This document shows positions 11,888 to 23,455 of a DNA stretch of 64,000 bases, one piece after another. Made by a program: the position numbers and the translations under genes. Position 1 is the stretch's first letter; each line of letters opens with the position of its first letter. The notes below the pieces were generated by a model. The model searched no databases. It had not been told where the DNA came from and saw nothing but the letters and a program-made list of their open reading frames with translations. The stretch is from Psammoneis japonica (taxonomy: Eukaryota). The stretch spans positions 682,001 through 746,000 of the forward strand of contig QPGO01000019.1 of assembly GCA_008632985.1 (NCBI GenBank). Direction: 5' to 3'.

Positions 11888-14800
11888 TTACTCGTATGTA
11901 TGAAAAAGAGAGCTTCTCTTTGCGTCTTCTATTTCGTCATCTTGTGGAACACCGAGCTCCGGAACGATGGACTCGAACGTGTCATAGGCCATTGCAATTT
12001 CATCGGAGAACATCGCTAGAACAACTGGTTTGCAATGAAGTTGAAACCTGTATCCCAGCCCGTTGGCTACGAACCAGTGCCTGACACTCTTCACCTCATT
12101 GTTATCATGAAAAATTTTGATTTCTTGGCCTCTTTTCCAGAGCTTTTCTTTGCTATCAGGGACTGTACCGATTCGTAATTTCCTGTTGTCAATGACAAAT
12201 AAACCATTGTTGTCAGGAACAACTGCCTCGTGCGGTCGTACAGCTTTGCTATTGTTCTCCATTCCGGAAATACTGTCACTAGAACGTAGAAGAATGTTCT
12301 CGGTCAACTGCAGTGCTTCAGAGAAAGAGAGTACGCGTTCCACAAGAAAAAGTCTGTACCCTATATCTAGCGACTGCCGGTTTAAATGACTCACAAGACT
12401 TTCCAAGTGCGTCCGCAAACTTTCAAATTCATCCATCCGCGAACCTTGTAATGAGTGTGAATGCAAATTGCTTTTATCGGAAATGAGAGCTTGTTGTAGC
12501 CCACAGCCATCGCCAACGCCCACATTGAATCCTTCATTGTCATCAGGAATTAGTTTCTCCATTTGTTTGATCTTTTCCCTATTCCTTTTGTTTTCGGAAG
12601 CTAGAAGCCTAACTTCGGCACGAAGCTGCTCAAGCTCAGACAGTTTTGCTGCTTCTTCTGGCATCCTGTCGTACTGCTCCACAGCCGGTTTCGAAGTTAC
12701 TTCCTTGGTACGGCGACCTTGCTCTCTGGGAAGATCAACCGTTTGGACCCCAGCTGAGTTGCACGTCTGCAAATCTACGCCGACAGCATCCGAACACGAA
12801 CCAGTTGCAACAATGCCAAGACACTCCAAGACGAAAGCTGCCTTTTCACTTTCTTCCGCTTGTTTCAAATGGTTGTATCTATCACGATCTTCCTCCCATA
12901 GCTGAAGAACACCAAGCGTGATGGTGTGTAGGTCACTGATCACCTTGAGACCGATCGGGTCCATTTCTTCCAATGACATCAAATGATTGCCCCGAAGATG
13001 ACGAGACACAACCTCATTCAGAGGCTCGAGAATCAACTTCTTTATCTTTCGTCGAATCATCGTTGACACATTATTGTTCTCGTCCATACCTATCTGGAAG
13101 TAAGAAAAATCATCAACCATGCAAATTTTCTTAGCTATGCATCGATAGGTGAGCATATAGCCATCCCTACTTTCGCTATTGAAAAAATCTTGAAAGACCC
13201 ACAGAAAATTATTCTGTTTCGTTTTCAGGTGATAGGTGTACAATGAAATGATGATAGACGCGCATCCCAAGAATGGAACGTTACTGCATTCGAGGCCCTT
13301 GCCGACAACGCCGAGGACTGCAGCGATTGTTCCTTGAAACTTCGAACTCACTGAAACCTCCACCGCGCCACTGGAAATGACTTCAGCTGCGAGATAGGTC
13401 CGTTGAAACGCTTGACAAAAAGCGAAGAAGTAAGCCTGAACGTGCTTTGGCATTGCTTTTATTTCCTCTGGGAGGCCTTGTACAGATTCCAGCGAGCGAT
13501 CGAAGTCCTTGATCTTTGACGTGAGTTTCTGCAACGCGTCGAACTGTTCGGGTGTTAGACGTTCCATATCCAAACGATACTTCAGTTCCTGGAGTTCATT
13601 CGCAGAACTGACAGAGTGAGCTCCAACGTCAATCGAACGTAACCGAGCCTCTAAGGACGCAATTTGCTTCTCTAGCTCGGACACCGAAGCCCACTGAGGC
13701 AAGCTACGAAGAGGAACAAGGGCTTCGTATTCCGCTTTGGCTCTTGCAACGGCAGACTTTACATCGGGATCTGTCACACCACTGGCCGCCTCAACAAAGT
13801 CTTGCAATCTCTGCAATTCTTGGTCAAGGGCTGCCCTTGTTCTGGACCTGTCAGCACAATCCTTTTGAAATTGCCCTTGTTTGCTATCTTGTCTCGTCTC
13901 TTCTTTGAGTAGTCCATGTCTCGCTGTTCCTTCCTGTTCAAGCGGCAACATTTCCGCCTCTTGTTCAGGGCGTGTCTGCTCTGACGCATCGTTTTCAAGC
14001 CGGGTGTCGTCCTCCCGACGTTCTTGCTGTCTTGCTGTCACTTCTTCAGCTCGCTGCCGTTTAGCCGCTCCGTCTTGTACTCGCTCTCGGTTTATCTTTT
14101 GGCTTGGACTCTTCTGTGGGGAAGCCTGGGCCTCGGGAATCTTGATTAGGGGGGTGTCCAGTTCTTCTTGTCGCTCTTTGTGCGCTTTCAAAACTGAAAT
14201 TACATGCGAATGTCCTTTCTGTTCGGCCATATCAAGTGCACTCAGTTTGCGAAAACGGCCAACTCTGAGTTCGGCATTAGCTCCTTTGATCAAAAGGAGT
14301 TGGACGACATCGCCATGTCCATTCTTTGATGCAACCATGAGTGGCGTCTTCCCTCCTTTACACACGACATTTACGTTTGCGCCGCGATCCATCAGGAGCC
14401 TCGCGGCATCCACTTGTCCATGATAACAAGCATGGTAAAGTGCCGTGGAACCATCATTGTCGAGCGCATCCACATTTACGGCATGATCAAGGAGTCCAAC
14501 GAGCATTTTCCACCTTCCCTTGTGAGCAGCATCCGGCAAATTCTTTTCTGCATCTCTTTGTCGCTGTGCTTCGACTTTGTGACGTTGTTGCTCTACTTTA
14601 TGCGCAAGTCGTTGTCTATTAGCTTCCGCTTCTTTCCCTGCAAAAAGAAAATGTTGTCAGAATGCCTGTGAGAAACAATGTTACTTGCTTTATTTTTTCG
14701 ATGTAGAATCGTACGATCAAAATCGAAAAGTCACGTACAAGTCAACGGCCGAGGCACGAGAGTTCGAGTTCTGCTCTTGTTTTGTTCCACCAATGCCTCG

Positions 14801-15258
14801 ATCTCGCTTTCCAAATAGGAAATGCCCGAATTGCCGAGCAAGTACAAGTATGCCAAACTTCCATTGTGAAGTCGCGTGGTTCGTAACAACGCTTTTGCGC
14901 CAATTATACCAATTTGGTTGTGTTGAAGATCAAGCTTTGTCAGTGTGGTGTTGGTGTCGAGTGCTATTGAGAGCACTTCTGCACCGGCGTCACCAATGCG
15001 GTTGTTGCCAAGATGGAGCCATGACAACGTAGTGTTTCTGAAAAGTGCCTCTGCGAGCAAATCTGCACCGTCGTCACCAACACGATTGTGTTGAAGATTG
15101 ATTCCTTTCAATGTGGTGTTTTTCTTTAGTGCATTTGCGAGCGCCTCAACATCCTTGTCATCGATTCCGCGGTAGCGAAGATCGAGCTCTCGCAATGTTG
15201 GATCATTTTGCGCAAGACGGCGGCAGGCTTCGAGGAGTGGGATCTTTGTTCCCAGCAT
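11888..15258 (-). CDS. LRR (RNI-like) + ankyrin repeats + coiled coil + unknown helical domain, about 1090 aa, 2 exons
   Basis: Exon 1 has LRRs (NTTLKGINLQHNRVGDDGA). Phase-1 GT-AG intron 14638-14738 joins it to an ORF with ankyrin repeats (GSTALYHAC, GKTPLMVAS). Confidence 0.85.
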
Positions 15259-15401
15259 GATTGAAAGTTATGTGCTCCTCTCGAGCATGAAAACCAAATC
15301 AAGCAGCGGACGGATGTAGAAAATAAAGTGTTCTCTGATGGCACAATGTCATGTGTTTTTTGTGAATGCGAATCCGCAATCTGGAATCCGCATCAGCTCC
15401 G

Positions 15402-15436
15402 AGTCGTGGATCGTCTGTCCAGCGATCCAGATTGTG
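15402..15436 (+). repeat. First 35 bp of a Copia LTR (probable disrupted 5' LTR of the element ending near 20.4k)
   Basis: agtcgtggatcgtctgtccagcgatccagattgtg matches 20138-20172 at 33/35. Both differences are CG versus CA. Confidence 0.75.
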
Positions 15437-15459
15437 GCAGGTCGTCAAATGGTGTGGGT

Positions 15460-15617
15460 TAGCGTACATAACGACGTTGCTGACGCAGACGGTCATCCTT
15501 TAAGTAAGTAGCCCTATGTACGCTATAAAGTTTATAGCGTACATAAAGAGCTGCTGACGTTATAGGGTCATTCTGCTTCTATGTACGCTACAAATCTCCC
15601 CTATGTACGCTATAAAG
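15460..15617. repeat. Cluster of five TATGTACGCTA motifs, including a perfect 15-bp-arm palindrome
   Basis: Copies at 15460 (rc), 15515, 15535 (rc), 15580 and 15602. 15515-15545 reads tatgtacgctataaa-g-tttatagcgtacata. Confidence 0.9.
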
Positions 15618-16377
15618 TGACATCCACAATTATGAAGAAAGACAGAAAGGTAATGGGTCAATTTTCAGTTTGGATTACCGACATACATCGATGAATATGT
15701 ATGCTTCGCAGGCACCACGCAACAAACTGCAGCACCACAATGATGCGTGCCGCCGGTGTCTCACTTTACGGCATGATGTCTCAATGACGCTTTCGCCGAT
15801 TTTCCTGTTTGTTTTTGATTTCTTAACAAAAATTGTGCAATTCATCTGAAAAGCTTGGCGCTGTGGCTTCTTGACTTTGCTCATGCCATCCTCACAAAAG
15901 CAAGCCTTTGTTTCCTTGCCCTGCTTCTGCTTTCTGCTGCTGCTCACCTTGGGCTTTGGCATGTGCTGGAGATCATTTCTGGCCACCTCAGATGCTGCAT
16001 GCCTGTGAACTTGTCTGTGCTTTTTGTCTTTTTCTTTTTGTTGTTGCTCTGGCTTCTTGCTGCTCCAACACACAGAGCACTGCTTTTTTGCTGCTGCTGC
16101 TGCTGCTTTTGTTCATGATCATCATGCTGGGGAGCTCCTTGCCAAAGCTGCAAAGAGATGATTTTCCAGATCTGCAACAAGCATCAAAGCAGCAGTTCTT
16201 TGTGAGGCAGCTCTCAACAACAACTGGGCCAAACCCCAAAGTGGTGCTGAGAACACTTTGCAGTTTGCAAGGTGTTGCTTGGTCATGGACAACATGCAGA
16301 GTTTCTCAGCTGGCTTGCTGTGGTGGCAATGAGCTCTTGCTGGGTTGTGCTGTGTAGAGAATCTCAGCTGCTTGTAC

Positions 16378-17060
16378 TTTTGGCACCCAAAGCCGTCTCA
16401 CCAGTTTCTCTTTTGGCATCTTGTTCATCCCTTCCACCTGTTTCTTCAAGATGCAGCATGCAGCAGGGCTCTCTGTGAGAGCTGGCATGTGGTGCCATCC
16501 TGGCTTCTTTTGCTTTGCCTCTTGCAGCCATCAGAGCTGTAGCTGGACACACTGGTTCTGCACAAACTCTCCTTGTCTGCACGCCACACTTTGTTTCACA
16601 CCAAAATGTGAGGCAAATCTCAACTGGCGCAGCTGTCACACACCCCAAAATGGCATTGAAAACACTTTGTGGGGTGCTGCTTGGCTGCGGACAACCTTCG
16701 GCCTTCTTGGCTGGGGCCAGCTGGGGGGCAGCAGCCAGCAGCTCTCTTGCTGCTGGGTCACAGCACAACACGCTGCAGAGCATCTCTCAACTGCTGCTTG
16801 CTTTTGGTGCCCAAAACAGTCTCACAATTTTCCCTTTTTGGCATTTTGTTCACCCCTTCCACCCAGTTCTTCAGTGCACAGCACACACCACTCTCCTCTC
16901 TGCACCCCGGCTCTTGCCCCTCTTCCTCTGGCTCTCTGTGCATCTTTTTTGCTTCTTGCTGCTTTGCCTTTTGTTGCAGCCACTGGTGCTGTGGCCAGAC
17001 ACTCTGTTTTGGCACAAGCTCCTTGTCTGCATGTTGCACTTTGCTTCAAATGTTGTTCCT
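16378..17060. repeat. Degenerate direct repeat (about 425-bp spacing) within a mutated unidentified element
   Basis: ttttggcacccaaagccgtctcacc...cccttccacc at about 16378 versus ttttggtgcccaaaacagtctcaca...cccttccacc at about 16802. Confidence 0.7.
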
Positions 17061-17216
17061 TGTCCTTTTGAGAGGAGATGCCTTTGGTGATGGGTGCTTG
17101 TGCAGAGTTGTTTGTTCTCCCCACTTTAACATCCGGAATGCTTTTGCGAGTTGACTCTCACTTCGCTCGAGTCGAGTCAATCAAAACCTGCTGCCCACAC
17201 CAGGTAAAAAAATGCC

Positions 17217-20200
17217 CCATGTTGGACCATGTTGTTGGAGCTCATGGCTCAACAGTGGTGGCGCCTTTACCTCGGCCAATTGCAATGCCCATCTTGAAGC
17301 ATTCAGTCAAGCAACAAAGTTTGCAGGCATTGGGGCCCACCACCACAACGGAACCATCACATGCACCCACATTTCGTGCTCCACCATGTTGCACACTGCT
17401 GTGCATTGGCCAGATGTCGCGGACGCTGCATTCTGGCCTTTCACTGTGAATCATGCCGTTGCCTTGCACAATGCAGTGCCTGATCCCTCTGCTGGTTTGA
17501 GCCCCAGGATGTCTTTACAAAGACTTGTCAACCGCACTCTTGGTTCAAAGACTGTCATGTTTGGGGTTGTCCAATTTGTGCTCTTGACAAGAAAAGCACT
17601 GATGGAAAGAAACTGCCGAGGTGGCAATCCCACGCCAGCCGCCACATCTACATGGGACTCAGTGCACAGCATGCCTCCCTGGTCACATTGGCGCTGAGCC
17701 TTGACTGAGGCATCACCCCACAATTTCATGTTGTTTTCGATGACTGGTTCCCTGCTGCTGCCGGATTGGACCAAGATGCTTTGCCAGCCTTGGATGTTCC
17801 AGAATGGCAGTCTCCATTTAGAGACAGCATCTTCCAATGTGGCATGGACAAGGATGACAACATGGAGGCCAATGCTGGACAAGAACATGATGAATGTCAA
17901 CGCTGACTGCACAAATTTCGAACCACCACTGAGTCACAACTGCCTCCAGCTCCGCTGAACGTGGCTCCTCCAGCTGTCCAGACCCCAGATCCCCTGCCTG
18001 CATCTCCCTTGACTCCTCCAGTTGACGTTCTGTCCCCAGAAAAGCAACCACTTGCTCCACAAGAGTCTCCCACTGGTCCTGCCATTCCAGACTTGCCTCA
18101 GAGGGAGATGACCCAGCCGTCGCCACCAAGTGTTGCTGCTGCTCCTCAATGGGAACCTCCAACACCCCAAAATTTGTCTTCTGAGCTAAGTCAAGAGAGG
18201 GAGCCTGCCCCAGCACCTCAACAGAGGGAGTCAACTCCTCCTGCTGCCTCCATCAGGTGCTCCACTTGCACTTGAGCTCCACCCAAGTGCCATGGATGTG
18301 ATGGCTCCCAAGGATGTGGCTGCTCAGCTCATTTTGCTGATCTCCTTCATGCCTGCGAGCTGAACCATGGATGTCCTGTCACTGTGATCACTCCCTTGGT
18401 GCATGAGGCATTGCAAGAGCAAAGACCCAGACACTCTGTCATGGGACAAAGCCATGCGCTCCACAGATTGCAACAAATGGTTGGAAACAGCAGAAGTGGA
18501 GATCACCACCCTTGTCAAGCTGGGTGCTTGGACTGAAGTGCCAATGTCTGATGCAAAGTCAAGGACACTCCCTGGTGCCTGGGTGTTCCATCGCAAATGG
18601 TCTCCATCTGGAGAGATCAAGAAATGCAAGGCTCTCTGCTGTTGTCGTGGAGACTTGCAAGATGGTGTCTTTGACACCTGTGCTCTGGTCACAGCTTGGA
18701 GTGCCATCCGATTGTTCCTTGCATTCATTCTGATCATGGGCTGGATCACTGCATTGGCAGATTTCCAGCCCGCATTTGTTCAAGCTGCTCTTCCAAAGGA
18801 TGAGCCGGTTTGGATCCACTCACCTTGGGGATGTGGGTCTTCTCTTGTGTCTGAAGCTCAACAAGAGTCTGTGCAGACTCTCCTCTGCTCCAAAATTGTG
18901 GTGTGAACACTGCCTTCAAGCCTTCTTGGATCTCAGATTCATCCAAAGCAAATTTGATCCTTGTCTCCTGCTCCATCATGACTGCATGGTCTGCCTGCAT
19001 GTCAACGATTGCAGAATCAGCACAGCACATGAATCTGCCATTGATCAGGTCATCAAGGGACTTTGCAAGAAAGGATTTGGATTGACCAAGGAAGGCAGTT
19101 TCGCTGAGTTCTTGGGTGTCAAGTTTGAGAAGTTGGGAAATGGTGCCATCAAACTGTCGCAGTCTGGGCTGATTGACAAGATCCTCATTGCCACCGGCAC
19201 ACAGGATTGCAAGCCTGACATTTTGACTGTGGCGACCCAAGCTCTTCGCAGTGATCCTGATGGTGAACCCATGGATGAGGCTTGGAGCTGCCCCTCCATT
19301 GTTGGCATGCTCTTGCATCTGTCCACCAATGCTTGTCCTGACATTGCTTTGGCTGTGAGCCAAGTTGCGCGCTTCAATTCAGCTCCCAAGCAGTCTCATG
19401 CCACTGCCATCAAGACCCTCATCTGCTGCCTCAAAAAACTTGTGCCGGCAGCATGTTCTTGACTCCAACGGGCACTTTGGATCTTGACTTGTTGGTGGAC
19501 GCCAATTTCGCTGGTCTCTTCCATCAGGAGCTGGACTCTGATCCGAGTTTGGTCCGATCTTGTGCTGGACACCTTTGTCACCCTCAACACGTGCCCTCTG
19601 GTCTTGAAATCTCAACTCCAGATGGCTTTGTCCTGCTCCACCCTTGAAGCCAAGCACCAAGCCGCCTCCCATGCCCTGAGGACCCTCCCACCCTTGAGGA
19701 GGATCCTGCAGGAAATTGTGTCAATGCTCAACCCTCACCGTGACCTGTTGACTTCGATTTGTGCACGCATGTTTGAGGACAACCAAGGTGCCTTCTTCCT
19801 TGCAACCAATCATCATGTTGCCAACCGCACTGAGCATTTTCTGGTCAAGTGACATTGGTTCTGGTCCCATGGCCACAAGTTTGTTGTCATCAAGGTTGAG
19901 GTGGTGGATCAGCTCACGGATTTTCTCACCAAGCCTTTGACAAGAGAGCTCTTCCTTGCCAACAGAAAGAAGGTTCAGGGTTGGTGAATTGTTGGGACAT
20001 TTGTTTGTTTGTTGCATGTTGTGGCTCTGTCAAGAAGATGCGGGAGTGTTGCTCTGAACTTGTGCTAGTTGTGTGAACATTGGCTCGTCTTTGATGATTT
20101 TGGTTTCTTGATGATCAAATCTGCAAATGAGAGGGAGAGTCGTGGATCATCTGTCCAGCAATCCAGATTGTGTCTGTCTGTCTGCATGTCCTTGTGGAAT

Positions 20201-20440
20201 CTTCCCGCCACGTTGGACCACATTGTTGGAGCTTGTGGCTCAATGATGGTTGTGTGCTGTGAGCATTGCAAGGCCCAACTTGGTTCTTGTAAGAGCAGGA
20301 TTGATTGTTGAGAACTTGATGACTTCTCAGGTGTGCCAGATGGCATGGATTCCCATGCAGTGAGTTGTCTGGTCGCACTCACCAGATTTTGGTCTAGACA
20401 GCTCACACTTTAGTCAGTTGTGTTTCCGTGAAAGGCTTTT
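17217..20440 (+). mobile_element. Degenerate, internally deleted Ty1/Copia retrotransposon (IN C-terminus, RT, RNase H, PPT, 3' LTR from 20138)
   Basis: Motifs DPDTLSWDKAM, LPGAWVF, CRGDLQ, HVND (= YVDD, codon 18998-19000), SIVGMLLHLS and FEDNQGA. PPT GAGAGGGAG precedes AGTC at 20138. 17217-17259 matches LTR sequence at about 20208-20250. The right end is approximate. Confidence 0.9.
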
Positions 20441-20573
20441 GACTGAATGCCGATTGCTGCTTCACAGCACTGGGCCATTGCTCACTCTTTGGTCTGAGGT
20501 GTCATCTTGGAGTGGACATCCAAGTGATGTGTTGGAAGACCCGCAAAGCGCGCACGCACACGAGCCTTGACTC

Positions 20574-20720
20574 TCTGCCTGCTCCCTTTGCGCTGCCAGG
20601 CCCTCCTGTGCATGAATGTTGACACTGCCCAACATCATTTGCCTCATTGGACACTGGCGCTGAGGTGAAATGCTCTGCCACCTTCACATCCAAACCAAAT
20701 CTGTCATGCAAAATTTGTCC
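20574..20720 (+). pseudogene. Tyrosine recombinase C-terminal relic (DIRS/Ngaro-type retroelement)
   Basis: Reads SACSLCA...ALLCMNVD...IICLIGHWR*GEMLCHLHIQ. This fits the YR pattern SARSLRA...GRWRSDEMLRYLH after reverting CG and TA mutations. The putative catalytic Tyr is now CAC (20679-20681). Confidence 0.65.
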
Positions 20721-21733
20721 TCCCGAACGTTTTCTAGAGTGGCTCTTGCACTCTCCTCCCCAATCATGAAGTCCCACTCCATTGAACGCATCCTTCCCCC
20801 ACTTTGCTCCTGCCCAATGTCGATGGCCCAGCCACCTGCTGCTCCACTGAAGTGGTCCAGGAGCTGGCACGTGGAGCCAGTTCCTGGTGAGTGGGGCAAA
20901 TGGACCTCTGTCACCATCCAACCATGATGGCACTGGAGCCAGCTGCACTGTTTGAAGTGGCAGCAGCCACTGCAGAATGGGGGGGGAAGATGATGCAAGG
21001 AGGAGGGAGGCTGTTGATCAGCTCAAGTCTCTCCCTGCCACAGACAGACAATCCATGATCCTGCCCACACCAGAGACTGCTCAATGCACACAACAGCAAT
21101 TGAGACATTGCAGTTGTTCTTTGTTGTTGTTGCAACAACACCCTCAGACAGTTCCAGGCAAAGACTTGGAGGATTGGAACAGGATCTTTGAGCTCTTGCA
21201 GGGCAGAAGGATCCAAGGAGTGGGCACCGCAGAGCAGGACCCAGGTGAGCCAGTGGCTCAATTGGCTGGGCCTGCTGGCAACTCTGCCAGGATTCATCCC
21301 ATGCCCCCCATGTCAGTTGAGGGTGCAGGTCTCTTTGTGGACAACAACTGCATGGTTGTCAGGGCTCATCTCCCATGGCCTCCATTTTTGGTGGGGTGCA
21401 GCCGGTGGTTGTGTTTGCAGTTGGTTGGGCCTGCAGCATCAGAGTGCACGAAATGTTAAAAATGTGTAGATTTGCATGATGACAATTTGTCAAAACATTG
21501 CAAAACATCATTGTCACACAATGAAAGGCCAACCTCTGGTTGCAAGTTTGCCATGCCAATGTTGCAATGACTTGTTGAGAATTGTGCATGCCATTTTTCA
21601 CTGTGTCCACATCACTGCATCTGCCTCCACCTTGTTGCCACATGCCAATGTGTGATTGCATTTCCACACAATCCTTGGTTTGTTGATTTTCGCAAACATT
21701 GTGTTAAACGAGAAGAGCATTTCATTGGTTGGG

Positions 21734-23002
21734 TCAATCCCTTGTTACATCTGCAGTGCAATGACCAAGTGCTGTGTAAACTGTGTGCACATTTTCTTGC
21801 TGCAACTCTCTTAAACTAAGCTGACGATCATCATCGGACTCATCTCCATCGGACTCGTTTCCTCCGTCGTCCGTTTTGCCTTTTGTGCCTTCCTCCTGCT
21901 CATCGTCGTCACTGTTGTCGTCCCTGCTGCTCTCCGCCATTGGGCTGTTCATTGCCTTCACCTTGTCTGTGTCACCAGTCGGTGCTTTGTTTTTCTTCTT
22001 TTTTGCTTCTCCGGACTCTTGCACTTGCTTTTCTTGATCTCCGCATGCCACTTTTCAAACTCCTTGCCCTCCTTGGAGTCTCTGTCTTTCGTCACCTCTT
22101 CACACAAATCGTTGAACCGATTGATTCCATCGTCTCCCCAAGACACTCGTTGTTTCTTTGGCTTCGTGTGCCAAGGGGCAGGCCTTGTTTCTTCGGGCTC
22201 CATTTCCTCACCCAATTCTTCCACCGCCTCCTCCTTGTTCCTGTGTGCCCACACCTGCCAACAATTCTCCATGGCCAATGGCGCCAAAGCTTTGTCACCG
22301 ACCGCAAACAACTGTGAGACCTGTGCGTTCCCAGTTTTGACGGTGCTGCTCCATGCCTGCTTTTGCTTGGTTTGAGGCAGGATGTGATCACAGAACCACT
22401 TGCATGCCTGCTTGTTCCTTTGTTTACCGCCGGTGATGGTGTCCAGGCCAAACGGATCCCATGTTGGCACAAACGGGACATCATTCTCTTCATTCTTGTC
22501 ACGGCTTGACTCATTCCTCTTTTTCCTCCTGTCTGCCACCTTGAGTTTCTTTTCTTTTTCCTTTCCCTCTTCCTTGGTGACAACGCCCACATGGACAAAG
22601 CATCACCGTCATCTTCTTGTGAGATGCACGCAACTCTCGAATCACACACATTGGTCACTTGGCCGAACACACCGTGTTTCTGTGATTGTTGATTTGCCTT
22701 TTTGCCGCCTTTTTTGCCCATTCCTCCCAAGTTCCTGACCAATTTGAAGTGTCCATGTTGCCACCAGCAATCTGTTTCTTGACAAACATTGAGACGCTCC
22801 CATTGCTTGCCAATTCTGACGGACTGAGAAACTTCACCTGTGGAAAGAGATCATTTCTGGCCACCTTCTCTGCTTCTGATTTCAATGCACCATGCGCTGC
22901 CTGCGTGCCTGTTCTCTTCAACACTGCCTGAAGTCTTGGGCTCATTGGCTTGACAGTCTCATTTTTCTTTCTCTTCTTTGCCGGTTGTGCTGGAGACGAC
23001 AT
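21734..23002 (-). pseudogene. Transposon accessory ORF relic
   Basis: Disrupted frames 22655-23002, 21958-22590 and 21734-22051 (LFPQVKFL; DKALAPLAMENCWQVW; WGDDGINRFNDLC). Divergent from the transposase and essentially Tyr-free. Confidence 0.6.
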
Positions 23003-23455
23003 CTTGATCTTTTCACGGCAACAATGAGAGGAGTGGCACTGTTCGACAGTGCAACCGTTGTTTGGGTCGTGTTGAGACAGCCAGGCACTCTATTTTCTCT
23101 GTGACATTGCACAAACCATTGTCAGCAACATTGAAATTTGAAAACATGTTTGCACATGACAACGAACAGTCCAACTTGCTTTTTGATGTGGCTGTCATTG
23201 CGTTTCAACGGAGACAATGTCCTGCATTTTGACAGCAAATAAAAAGTGCAACATTCACTGTGGATGCCAGATAAAAAATCAAAGTGCAGATGCGTCACAC
23301 CTGTGAGAATCATCTCAATCTGGAAGACAATGTAATGTTTGCCAATTTCCCGCCATTTTTTGCGTGTTGTTCTTTTTTTCCCTTCTCATCCACAAGACAA
23401 GGAGACGACGAGCATGAGTCTTGATGAAGGCCCTGTCAACATTGTCTGATTTACA

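Noticed and set aside
15460..15617. CRISPR-like array
   Set aside because: 11-bp units in mixed orientation with irregular spacing, eukaryotic context and no cas genes.
15451..17201. ggtgtggg / cccacacc as TIRs of an insertion splitting the LTR
   Set aside because: Only 8 bp and no target-site duplication, so it could be chance.
20640..20675. LDTGAEV as a retroviral aspartic-protease motif
   Set aside because: It is an alternative frame of the longer tyrosine-recombinase match, with no supporting protease context.
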